A DNA stretch of 64,000 nt from Raillietiella orientalis (Eukaryota): contig JAYWIR010000012.1 in NCBI GenBank assembly GCA_036172245.1, positions 3,968,001 through 4,032,000 on the forward strand. Direction: 5' to 3'. Made by a program: the position numbers and the translations under genes. Positions 1 to 11,100 of this stretch are shown here, one piece after another. Within the stretch, counting starts at the first letter, position 1; every line of letters begins with the position of its first letter. The notes beneath the pieces were generated by a model. That model was given only the letters and a program-made list of their open reading frames with translations, ran no database searches and had not been told where the DNA came from.

Positions 1-1463
1 GCAGGACCGAACGTACCGGAAACGAGGGAGTCCGAGGAGATAGCTCCTTTGGACGACGACTGCCCGCTGTCTTCGGTCGACGAGCACATCCCAGCTTCAT
101 TCGGGAAGACCCTGACGCACTCTCCCGTGTTCGCTGAGGTCTTCATGGGGTGCTGCACATCGTGGACGGGGGTCCCTCCTTCCTGCCCTGGGTACGGCGG
201 GCAGTCCGCGTGCCGGGAGAGAACGTCCCGGGTCGGCGCGCTCCCCTCGCCGGGGTGGGAGAGCCGGGTCGCCCGCGCAGGCGCGGTGCGGGAGGGCGAC
301 CACTCGTTTTGAGCCTCCCTGGCAGACCACCTGCCGAAAAGCCCTCCGTGGGAAAAGTCTGGTACCGACGAAGTCCTGGGCTTGAAAAAGGAGGCTGCTG
401 CCTTCTGAAGCACGGGGACCCTCGCCTGCAGCCTCTGGTGGGCGTGGCTCCTGCCCATCCTCTCCATGCTTGCATTGTTCCTCTTCACCAGCTCTTCCAC
501 CAGAGCGCCGTGCTGGCGCTGGTGAGCGAAGTAGTGGTCCATTTGCATGGTCTTCAGGAACAGTGGGAAGAGGGCACCGCAGAGGGGGCAGCGCTGCTGG
601 AAGAACCGGAGCATGTCGGACAGGGCGTTGCCGGTGGCACCGCTGCCCTCCTCCACGGGAACGTACCCGTCGCCCTGCTTGGAAATGGGGGGATCGGGAC
701 TCTGCGGGTAGTTCTCCTCGAGCATGGAGAAGGGTGGATCCTGGAGGCTCCCGTGAACAGCGCCATCAGACGCGCCGGAAAACACGTCAATCTCCACGTC
801 GTCAGCGAGTGAGCAGGGGGGAGGGGTGGCAGTCGCCTTGGAAATCCCGCCCGAAAGCGTGGTGGAGGCGGTCGGGGGCAGCATTTCCAGGGCGAAGTTC
901 GCATCCACGCTGTCCCCTCCGCCGCCGTTCTCGACGCCAACGCTGCACAGGGATCCGTGCGCAAACACCGAGTTCATGGAGTTCACCACGTTCTCCGCTG
1001 GTGCCAGCAGCATCTCCAAGGAAAAGAGGTTCTCGGGAACGGGAGAAATGCTGGCGTCAGCGAGAACACACGCCGGAGCAGCGTGTAGCGGGGGCGGAGC
1101 CTTGGGGGGAAATTCGCCACCACCTCCTCCGATCACCCCTTCGGGCAGAGAAGGGAACTCCTGCTCTTTCAACGTCTCTGCCGGCTGCTCCGCGCGTGCC
1201 TTTTCCGGGTCTCTTTCCCCCGCGGCGTCCCGGAAAAGTCGCTCGTCCTGCAGGAGGGAGGCAGCTGCGCCGATCCCCTGCGGCGGCTTGCACCGGCAGC
1301 ACCCGCAGCCGAGGAAGGGGCAGGCAGCCGGCTCGTGGGCGTCGAGGCCGCTGCGGTCGAACCCGTGGGCGCGGCAGCTCCAGCACGCGGACCGGGCCTT
1401 CCGGAAGCAGCCGCTCCTATCCGCAGAGCGGTCCACCGAGGCAGCATCCTCGTTGCGTTGCAT
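1..1463 (-). CDS. Divergent DM-domain (doublesex/mab-3/DMRT-like) zinc protein, 3'-partial (>=487 aa, runs off the window)
   Basis: Minus-strand frame from ATG 1463 with no stop seen to the window edge, hence missing from the ORF track; + ORF 150..812 is its antisense shadow. Translation starts MQRNEDAASVDRSADRSGCFRKARSACWSCRAHGFDRSGLDAHEPAACPFLGCGCCRCKPPQGIGAAASLLQDE. This gives C-x2-C-x2-H-x9-H-x4-C-x4-C-x-C-x2-C (1290-1385), close to the DM zinc-ligand pattern. A second motif CPLCGALFPLFLKTMQMDHYFAH lies at 522-590. The start is uncertain because the frame stays open upstream. Confidence 0.72.
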   Translation of the reverse strand, partial: MQRNEDAASVDRSADRSGCFRKARSACWSCRAHGFDRSGLDAHEPAACPFLGCGCCRCKPPQGIGAAASLLQDERLFRDAAGERDPEKARAEQPAETLKEQEFPSLPEGVIGGGGGEFPPKAPPPLHAAPACVLADASISPVPENLFSLEMLLAPAENVVNSMNSVFAHGSLCSVGVENGGGGDSVDANFALEMLPPTASTTLSGGISKATATPPPCSLADDVEIDVFSGASDGAVHGSLQDPPFSMLEENYPQSPDPPISKQGDGYVPVEEGSGATGNALSDMLRFFQQRCPLCGALFPLFLKTMQMDHYFAHQRQHGALVEELVKRNNASMERMGRSHAHQRLQARVPVLQKAAASFFKPRTSSVPDFSHGGLFGRWSAREAQNEWSPSRTAPARATRLSHPGEGSAPTRDVLSRHADCPPYPGQEGGTPVHDVQHPMKTSANTGECVRVFPNEAGMCSSTEDSGQSSSKGAISSDSLVSGTFGP

Positions 1464-1559
1464 GTTCCCGCGGAGACGGGGAGTGTTACGTGCTGCCGGG
1501 AAGGGGGGCTCCCATCCTTCCAGATTCCAGATATTGGATGAGCAGGGATCGGTGGAGTC

Positions 1560-1595
1560 CTGTGGAGGAGAGAGAGAAGGAGGAAAAGTTAAGAG
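1560..1595 (-). promoter_or_regulatory. 3' splice acceptor upstream of the DM-like ORF
   Basis: Minus strand reads CTTAAC (branch-point-like), then TTTTCCTCCTTCTCTCTCTCCTCCA polypyrimidine tract ending CAG|G. The exon would start at 1559, 96 nt before the ATG, in phase 0 with the ORF. Confidence 0.6.
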
Positions 1596-2914
1596 GTGTT
1601 CGGTCCCCCTCTCTTTGGCGAGGAGAGGGGGACCACCTCCCTCCCTCCCGCTGGCCATTATTCTGTGGCGGGCACACCATCCCTCGGGGTGCTCCCCTTT
1701 CATCGTCGTTTGACCTCTCTGGCGGCGCCTCCAGCTACAGGATGCCGCGCACGCGAGAGAGAGCAGGGAACGAACGAGAAAGCGCGCTCCAGGAGGTACA
1801 TGGCTGGTGGCGGCGAGCCAAGGGCCCCGGCCGGAAGCCCGGAGGTGGCGACAACGACTGAAGAGAACACGTGGGGGACAGGGGTGGAGGGCCAAGGAAG
1901 GGAAGGGGCGCTCATGAAAGACGAGGCAAAGGATCCTGGGTTTCCTTCCCCCTCCCGGCTCTCCACTCTTCTGAGGCCAGGGAGAGGGAGAGCGGAAGAG
2001 GGGAGGAGAAAAATCACGGCGTGTGCCTGCGGGCGAGAGGGAATCACGGGGTCGGGTCGCGCCCTTCTTTCCCCGCCCGCTGCGTCGTGGCCGGAAGCGG
2101 CAGGACAGCGTCCCGCATCGGTCGCTTCTGGGAAGACAGAATCGCCTGGTCCAAATCGTTCTTCTGATGCGAGGAGGTGAAGAACAGGACGCCTCGCCGC
2201 TAAGTAGCGGAGATGGCCTCCTTCCTGCGAGGGGTGTGGAGGGGTTTTCCTGCTCTCCCGCCCTTTACTCGGCCAGAGGCGCGTGCAGGCGGAATCACCG
2301 GTCTAGACAACTGGATGACCGTGGCTCCTGGGTTACGCAGTATGCCGGGAGGCGGCCCTTCAAGGGCCTGAAAAAACAAAATCGGCACTAGCGACATCCG
2401 AGGAATCGACACGAACCAACCCCAAAGGGGCGAGCGATCCCGTTGGAAAGATGGGTCTAAGCAGAAGAAGTGGGGTCGTTGCAGAGACGACACTGCAAAC
2501 GGGGATGCAGGAAGAGATCCCTCGGCATGGTAACCCCAGCTCACCAGAAAGGCCGCTCTCTCCCTCGTAGTCGGGGCTTCCAGGAGAGCCACAAATAGTC
2601 GCGCTAATCTTTTCTGCAGAGATGACCGGAGACGCCCCGGGCGTCTCCCCTCGCTTGCGTCCCCTCTCCTCCACCCCTTTCTCTACACAAGTGCTTCGTG
2701 CGCACCTCTTCAACCCTTCGCAAGGATTGCCGACATTTTACGGGGGAGGGAGAGAGGAGAATCCCTCTTCCTCTTGGTCCAGCCTCCGGGCCCTTTTCGC
2801 TCCTGCCCTCGGAAGAAACCTCAGCAAGGCCGGGTCCGCAGCTTCCATCCCTGCTGCGTGTCGACAACTCCCATGGAAAATTCCTCTCTTTCCTGTTTTC
2901 CTCCTCCTGGCTCC

Positions 2915-2934
2915 GTATACAATGTATTACAAGT
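2915..2934. promoter_or_regulatory. DSX/DMRT-type binding site (paired), copy 1
   Basis: GTATACAATGTATTACAAGT; core ACAATGT matches the DSX/DMRT consensus AC(A/T)A(T/A)GT. Confidence 0.5.
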
Positions 2935-3844
2935 GAAGAAACCGTCGCTTGTTTCCCGTTGCTCGAGGGCACAGGCAGGAGGATTCCAACCTCGTTCGCG
3001 CACCACGTGAGTGCTGCTGTCAGGGAGGAAGTAACGTGGGCGATACCCCGAGTCACGCCGTGACACGGGGCGGTCCTGGCGAACCCTCCGAACATCCGAA
3101 GGCGCGAGTCGCCCCAATCGAAACTCTCGATGGGATCCGGCGTCCCCTGGATATCGTGGTGGTCCACCTCGTCGTACTCCTCTCCCCCTCCTTTCCTCGA
3201 AACGCGGAGGGTGGGAAGGAGAACGCGGGGGCTCCCGCATGGCTTTTGCGCGCGACGCATCGAGGTGAACCTTCACGAGCAGCGGAGCGGCGGGAGAAGG
3301 GGTCGAGGAACGGCGACTCCGTCGCATTAGGCTGTTGGGGACCTCCGGGCCGCGTTCCAAGGGGGAGGAAGCGAACACGAACGCGCGCTGCATCGGCGTG
3401 GAGGGAAGGAGGAGAGGGGTATGCGAGAGGTTCCTGCGCGGCAACCAACAGAACCTTCTTCCCTCCCTACCCCCTTCTGCCCACATCCTGAAGCGCCAGG
3501 AGGGAGGAAGTAGCGAGCATTCCCTCTGATCGGGTAGGGAGAAATGCCGGCAGGCGATGGCGCCGTGACGAGAGCAGGGTGGCAGAGCACTTCCGGAAAA
3601 AAGTCCCTCCCTGCTGCACCCGACCTCACCTTCCTGCGACAGCGAAGCAGGAGGGAGGACTATCCGCGGTGGATCATACTCCAGGAGTTTCTGCGCTTCC
3701 TCCCCGACGGAGAGATTCCAGGAGGATTCCTTCCCTGCGCCCTGCCCCTCAGGGCTTCAGCTAGCAGGGCACGAGGCGCTGCGGCGTTTTTCTGAGTGCT
3801 GGCGAGCGGAACGTTACGCTGGTTTCGGGCTGTCGGCATCGCCA

Positions 3845-3863
3845 TTACAATGTAATACAATGT
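3845..3863. promoter_or_regulatory. DSX/DMRT-type binding site (paired), copy 2
   Basis: TTACAATGTAATACAATGT: two perfect ACAATGT cores 10 bp apart. Confidence 0.6.
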
Positions 3864-5010
3864 GAGGCATCGGCAATGGCGCAAAAGTAGCGCGCAACTG
3901 CGTCCCGCCTCGCGCGCGGGAAAAGCCGACGGCGGGATGCAGAGACCGACGACCCTTCGAAATGGTAGAAGGGGGGGGGGGTAGAGAAGGAGGAGAAGAG
4001 ACTGCGATGCACAAGATGAAGCAAAATGGGGACGCAGTCTTTTTGCTCTCGAAGCACACGCCCGCTTCCTCCTACGGCGCCCCCTCTTTTTTCCCCGTGC
4101 GAGCTGCTACTCCTCTCGTTCCTGCCGGGTCGAAACTTCGCGAACCTCCCACGTTCTTCGCCCCGCCGCAAGAGGGACGCCACCATCCGCACTCCCCCTT
4201 CTTTCCGATGGACTTGTCCACCACCTCCAAGGGCGCGCTCCCGTACCCATGATGGGTTCCTGGCAACGTCCGACAGCGCGCCATGTCCAAAACAACAACA
4301 AAAAAAAAGAACACGCGCAAAAAAAAAGGAGAGGGAGAGAAAGAAAGGCGAACCCCCCGCCGCCAGCGAGCGCGCCAGTCGCCAGCGTGAGAAACTCGAG
4401 AACTGCGACACGCCGCCGCGGTCGGCGCGCCAGCTGCTGCCGACTTCGGGAAAACGCCTTTCCTTGCCTCTGCCTTTACGTCCGACTGGCACGGGGGGAT
4501 CGCGAGTCGGTGGTTGCCAAAGGCGCCCCCCCTTCCTCACCCTCTCCCGCTCCCCAGTTGCACGACCTACGGGTGCGACCGCCTCTCCGAAAGTTTTTCC
4601 CCATCCGCCCGGAAAGCTCGCTCCCTTCCCGACCCGGGCGTGGCCTTGTCTGCAATGTGGCCTTTCTCCCTCCCTACTCCCCACGACCCACAGAAGCGGC
4701 AGGCTCTCAGCTGCGCGCGCGCACAAAAGGTTCCTCTCTTACCTTGAACGGTCTAACGGCGGAGCGCAACGGCTGCCGGATTCGTTCCTTTGGAATGCAC
4801 TCGGGGGTAGGGGGGGGGACCCGCTCGCGCCACTTGCCCGTAGGCCAAATGCGCGCCCCCGGGTCGCAGGGGAGGGTTATGTGAACAAGGAGGCCGCCCG
4901 CACTATCAGCGTAGGGCACACGTCACGTTCGGGGAAGGCGGGCAGCTAGCAGCAGGCAGGCATCGTTGGTTACTTTGCGTCGTCGTCGGCGGGGGACCTC
5001 TTACTTTTCC

Positions 5011-5029
5011 TTACAATGTAATACAAAGT
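5011..5029. promoter_or_regulatory. DSX/DMRT-type binding site (paired), copy 3
   Basis: TTACAATGTAATACAAAGT: ACAATGT plus ACAAAGT 10 bp apart; first 16 bp identical to copy 2. Confidence 0.6.
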
Positions 5030-7104
5030 TCCCTCTCGCCTCCACTCCCTCCCCTCGCTCTGCACCTCTTTCAGCAGTAGTGTATGGCGCATGTGCCTGC
5101 TACTCTGTCACCCAGAGGGGGTCGCGGCTACCTCGTCGACTAAATGACCCCACCAACGCACGCACCCCCGTTGTTCGGTCGGGAGGACCTTCTTTCTTGG
5201 GGGTGGGGGAGCGCGGGGGAGCAGAAAGAGGAAAGGGGGAGCGCGCATGCGTGAGTTGGCCTCGCAGCAGCGAGCGCATCGCGCACATCGTGCGCTTCCG
5301 GAAAGGAAAGGAGAGTTGGCGCAGGAGAAGCCGCTTCCGAGCTGACCCCAAGATCGCACGCTTGTGGAGGAGGGGTGGGCCTGGAATGCTCTTCTGCAGT
5401 GCCAAATCCTCTTAATAGAATGCGTGCACGGTCAAAGACACTGCGCTCTCACATGTTCGAATTTCCCGGGCGGCGCTTGGGGAGCATCCGGAGGCTCTCG
5501 CCCCCTCCCCCCCTTAACCCACCCCCATTAAAGGGGGACTTCACAGTGCACCTGGTAAACAGGAAAAGATAAAAGGGAAGAGGTGGGCATAAGGGAGAAG
5601 GGAACTCTCGGGGGTTCAAAACCGGACGCCCACGCGGGATGCGACCTTGCTCCTCCCCTCCCTCCTGCGCTTTCCACGCTTGCATCGGTGCGGGAGTCGT
5701 CGCGTGGAGACCCGGTGCTCCCGGAGAGCGCCCACTCTCCGGAGAACGGGAGACGCATGCGCGGCGCCGCGACCGCTGCAGCGGGGCCCACGGAGGGGGA
5801 ATAGGAAGGAGGTATCGGAATTCGGCCTGCCGACCTTCTCGTGAGCAGCCGCGCCTCTCCTGCTGCGCCGAAGGGGCCAGCACCGCCTGACTTGCGGGGC
5901 TTCCCTAACGCTCAGACGCAGGAGCTCCTTCGGGGGGCCACCGTCCTGAGGCATGCGTGTGCAAAAGGGGGAGGGATGCAATGCAAGGAACAGAAAGGAG
6001 GGAGGTAGAGGGAGCAGGGAAAAAAAGAGGAGAAGGAAGACGACAATGATGATGGGAAGGAGGACGAAGAGGTAGAAAGGGGAAGAATGTTACACGGATC
6101 CGGTGTCCTCCCATGTGCTAAGAATTTGAGGGGTGCACCTTTATCCGTTGACCCCTTTGAAGGGCGGCGGCAAAGAAATGCAATGAGAAGGGGAGGGGAT
6201 GGAACGACACTGCCGGTCGCTCCGGGAGCTTCCGCAACGCGGGAGGGAGGATGGGACTGCGTGTGTGCAAATCCAGCACGGCGGAGGTCACGCGACGCGC
6301 GTGAGACAGTCTGCAGCAGCAGCAGCGGAGCCTTATTCTGTCACCGCCGCGCGAAAGCGTTCCACGGATGTCAGCGGACGGAGGTGCCGGGTGCCACGCC
6401 GCCGCCCACCACTCGCCTCCCCCTCTCGGGAACGCACGCTCTGGCAGAGCGGCGGCGGCTAGGAAAGCACCGCGCAACGGTCTTCCCCCGCGCATCGTGT
6501 GCGCTCCCGGGGGATCACGAGGTTTGAGGGTGGTGGAGGGTGAGGGGCGGTTCACAACCCCGGCGCCGGAAAGGGACCTGCAAGAATGGCGGCGCCGCGA
6601 ATAATGAAGCAGTAATGGCGAGTAATGACCCTAATTGGAGTTGCAAATGTGGAGAGCCAGCCCCCCCCCCTCCCAGTCACTAAAATTTTCCCAGAAAGGA
6701 AAAAGAATGGGGGAGAGGAGGGGGAGGAGGAAGAAGCAAAACCCAGTGCGTTCTGCAGTAGTCCACCTCACCTTTCGCCGACGTAGCCAAGGCAACGGCC
6801 CGTACGAGGATCGGCGGCCACACTCCGGAAGCACAGGAACTGAAGCGGCTGCAGCGAAGTGAAGCAGCAGCAGTTTATTTGGCTCTCCTGCCCCTACCTC
6901 ACCCCCACTTCTCTTTAAGCGAACGGCGGAATGTTTTTGCAAGGTGGGATGAGGGTGAGGAGCGCCGAGCGCGGTTGGAAGGGAAGGCAGTCGGGATACC
7001 GGATTTCCCGTCTGCCGACCGCGAGGGCGACAGGAGAAGGAAGGAACGCGCTAGGACCCGCTTGCGAACGGAGAGGGAGGCGGCGACGACTGGCGAGCGG
7101 GAAC

Positions 7105-7123
7105 TACATTGTAATTCAAAGTA
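7105..7123. promoter_or_regulatory. DSX/DMRT-type binding site (paired), copy 4
   Basis: TACATTGTAATTCAAAGTA: ACATTGT (reverse complement of ACAATGT) plus a degenerate second core 10 bp later. Confidence 0.5.
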
Positions 7124-7759
7124 GCTCGTTGTTCACGAGCTTGCCGAAGCCTCCTTCTCCCGGTTCCAGCGTCAAGAGCCCCTGAGCCTCGGGGGCTTCA
7201 CCCGTGACCTTCGGCCAGCACGTCCCCGCGAGTGTGCGGGCGAGACTGCGACTGTTGCTGCCCCTACAAGCCGTTCGCACGCGCCGGCCTCGCCTCGGAA
7301 TCTCTCCATTTGCGCCAAGTCCAGCAGGCCGGGAGCGCGCGGAGGGAGAGGAAAGCGCAGAGGGTGCGCCGCGGGAATTTCAATTCTAGGGGGCAATCGG
7401 ACAGGAAGCGCTGCGCCTCCCCCTCCTTTCTTCTATCGGCGCGGGGACCTCCCCGCTTCCTACTTCAAGAAGAAGGGCAAGAACGAGAGAGAGAAAAGAC
7501 GCTGTTTTCCTTCGCAGAATCGCTGGCATCCTTGAGGCGAGGACGAAAGGGGACCGCAAGCCTGCGCTTCCGTAGCCGATGGCGATGCGCGCGCGGAGTC
7601 GTCGTTTCATCCGAACGAAAACCCTCATTTTCCTTATAGGGGGCGAGATGAGGGGAAGCGGAAACCGGAGGGCGGGCCCTCTCGCACTCTGCGCTCATCT
7701 TCCTATAACCCCCTGCCTCTTTTGGGGAACAGGGGTGAGTTGAAGGACCTGAGCGGAGT

Positions 7760-8170
7760 GGCGCTGGCGCGAGTGGACGCGCACGACCCGCGGGCGAACG
7801 AAACCGCGCGCGGGTCCGGAAGCGGCCGGCCTTGGGGCGGTGGCAGCGGCGGCGCTCTCTCGAAGCCACGTGACCACCCGCCGGCCGGTCGGCAGTACCG
7901 GGAGACGAGAAGGTTCGGGCGTGCGCGGGTTGACGCGAGGCGTGCGCGCGCCTCACTCCTCGCCCAATGAAATTGCCGCGGCTTCCCCCGCAAGAGTTCA
8001 CCAATCACGTCGGCGAGCGCCGACCCCTAGTTGGCTGTCTGGGGAGTTCCCTCGCGGTGCTAGCGGCGCGGGCAGGGCGGCGCGCGCTGTTCGCTCGGTC
8101 GCCGCCGGAACGAGGCGGCGGTGTCGTCCTGGTGACGATCCGGAATGCTACCCTGGCGGATGACGCGCTC
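7760..8170. promoter_or_regulatory. CpG-dense promoter-like segment with CCAAT boxes and E-box
   Basis: Very CG-rich; CACGTGAC at ~7867, CCAAT at ~7964 and ~8001. No transcript evidence. Confidence 0.25.
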
Positions 8171-11100
8171 GCCTCCTCCCCCTCCCCCCTCCCGCCGCCG
8201 CACGGAGGCGCGTGGGATGAACAGGTGTACCTTCGGACTCGAAGAGCGCGCGCCTTTCAAAAAGACCGGTTAGGGGTTCAAATGGGGACGGAGAACGAGC
8301 AAGTGCTTTACCGCCTACCTCCCCCCACTGTTAGCACCGCTGCCCCCCGCAGCTCACGAGCTCGTGCCCCTCCATTACTGGTAGGTGGCGGTCTCCATCT
8401 CTGCGTCTAGATGCAAAGACGGGGAAGGAGAGGTGGAAAGCTCAGAATGGCGACCTTTCGGCGTCCTTGGAAACTCCGGAATCCGGCTGTAATGGGGGGG
8501 GGGGGGGGAGAGATCGTGCTAACCGTGGATCAGATGCGCCTTCCGGTTCCGGCATGGCAGCTGCCACCTGCCGGCAGAGAGCGTCAGCGGCGGCAGCGCC
8601 GCGTGGGCGGAAGGCCATCTTCGCGCCGTCGTCCCGGGCTCACGCCCCACACTTCTCGTCCGCACAAACGCTCAGGTGGACGCGGGTCGAGGGAGGCAGT
8701 GCTTTCGCTTTGATTTCGGCGCGCGGCGCGAACGAGAGGCTCGGTTTCCATGGAGATCCTTCCTTCCCCCGTGCCTTCCTCCTTCCCCGCATCTCGGCAG
8801 CTCCCGGAACTGCCAGCGGAGTTGTCTGACCCCTTCCTCTTTCTTTTTGCATTTTCGAAGCCCCCTAATGAGCGAGGAAGAGGCGGCCGCTACCCCCTCC
8901 CTCCCTCCCCTCTGCATGCACGCTGCCCCTTTTGCTGAGTTCCCTCTTACCTCTGGCACGCCTGCGGTCCAGACAACGCTCCTGCTGGCAAACGGTCTCC
9001 GGAACTGCTCTGCTTCCACGGGGCTGCTTCTCAGAGAGGGCAGGAAAGGGGATTGGGCGTGGGGTGGAGTGGGAGAGAGGGAGACAAGACCGCCAACCAG
9101 GGGAGGTCTTGCCTTGAAACTGCCGAGGAGTTGCCGGGACCCAAGAGTCCCGGAGGTTGGCGGGGATGGCTCTCGGGGTCTCCTACTGGCAGCCGGGACG
9201 CATGTCCGCCGCCGCCCCTCTTCGGCGCGCGCGCACACCCCAGCCCCGCCTTCCTCTTCCTGGGGTGCTCTTTGGGAGCTCGGCTGCACCACCGGCGCCA
9301 CTACTGCTGCGAAGAGCCGGTTGTCCTCCTGGATACTCTTCCTGCTTCTGTTGCTCCTTCTCTGGTAAGCGAGTACGAGCGCCGCCGCGACCCTCAGGCG
9401 GCGTGGCAAGCAGGCGGCGCCCAGGCACGCAGTCAGCTCGGGTGGAACTGATGAGAGCTGCGAGAGCAAAGCCCTTACCCGCCGTCGCTAGGGAACGAGG
9501 AGGGGCTTCCTGAGCGATTTTCCGATGGGGGTGGTTGCGTCCGCCTCTCCGAGAGGGCGCGCGTCTACGCGAGCGCGGCTCGTCCCCTCCCAGGCACAGG
9601 CGGCGGCGTCTCCGAGCTCGCCGCCCGTCAGAGAAGCCCCGCTGTGAGGGGTCAGAAAGGTCGGTTCCTTCACCCCCTCCCCCTCTCTTTCCCTTCCGTT
9701 TAAGAGGCGCCGGGAACCGGGCTGGACGAGGGACGCCAGTCTCCCCCTTTCCTAACCCAAGCGGGAACTTCCCCGTTTCTCCTCCCCGGACTGCCCTCCA
9801 CACCTTATCTCCCAGCGTGGCGAAGACGGACTCACCCCTCCTTCCTCCCCCCTTCCTCCGTTCCTTTCGTCCCTTACACTCGGCGTGCCAGACGGAACGC
9901 GTCGCGTGCACCATTCTTCCACATGGTGCCGCCATCGCCGCGCGGATCAGATCGGCTGGGACGATCTCTCTGCAGCCCCTTCCGGTGTAGTCGTCCCAGG
10001 TCGCGTCCGCCCCGCCCTGGTGGGCTCGGACGAGATCGAGAGGAGTTCCGCTTCCGGGGCAGCCTGCCCTCCTCCTCCGCTTCCAAGCCGCATCCGTCGA
10101 TCCGCGGCGCGGCGCGACTCTTCCAGGAGCGCCGACGCCGACACCAACTGGCGGCAGCAATGGGGCGCACACCCCCAGCTTTCACCGGTCCGGCAAGACG
10201 TAGGGCGGATTTTTTTTTTTTTTTTTCTAAGAAGAAACGCAGTGCACGTGCCCTCACCCCTCGTGCCAAAGTCCACGCCGCGCTTAGCCGCCGGGTCACC
10301 GACCCAGGACGAATCGCTTCACGACAGTCTCTCGCGCTGGCTGGGGCGGTCTGCCTTGCTCTCCCCCCCACAATTTTTTTTTTTTTTTTCTGCGATGGAG
10401 TGCACCCCAGTAGAGAGCATTCTTCCGCGATTGTTCACCACGACTTTTTTTTGTTGGTACCCCTCAGCAGCGCTTTCGCGGACTTCTCCATTGTCGACCT
10501 TTGCAGTAAAGAAGGACGGGTCGCACGCACCGATGGGGGTCACTAGTAACCCTTCCTCCCCGTCTCACTTTCCGCAGGCCCAGTCACCTCCTAGCTGCCT
10601 CGCCAATCGTGGGTCAAGGTTCGGCAGGCGGACGTCTTTTGCAGGTACTGCACTCTCGTCGGGGTCCGCCGCGCCACGGAGTCGGGCGCTGCACGAGAGA
10701 GGGGTCTTGGCGGCGAGGAAGCACCAGTAGGTCGCTTTCGCGCCCCAGCCGTGGGTCTGGATTGCCACTCGAACCCCTGAAGCGTGCGTCTGTTCCTCGC
10801 GCGTGCCACGCTTACATCCCCGGATTCGCTTTCGACCGTGGCGCATCCTCCGGGTAACAGTCCCACCCCTGGTCTCTACACGAAATCTATGTTTTTTAAA
10901 AAATCATTTTTCATCATTTGTTTCCTGTCTCTCGTTGCGAAATCCATCTCGCTGATTCGAAAGCCGCCAGGAGCTCGAGTTTCACCGCCGTCGGAACGCG
11001 CTGCCATCTAGAGGGAAGCGCTCAAACCACAAGAACCCAGAATGACCCAGAACCCCTGGACCCACGACGACCCCAGAATAGCTCTTAATTACCAGCCGCA

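Noticed and set aside
150..1861. Long + strand ORFs 150..812, 470..1861 and 826..1713
   Set aside because: Antisense shadows of the GC3-rich minus-strand DM-like ORF; Arg/Pro/Ser-rich with no domain motifs.
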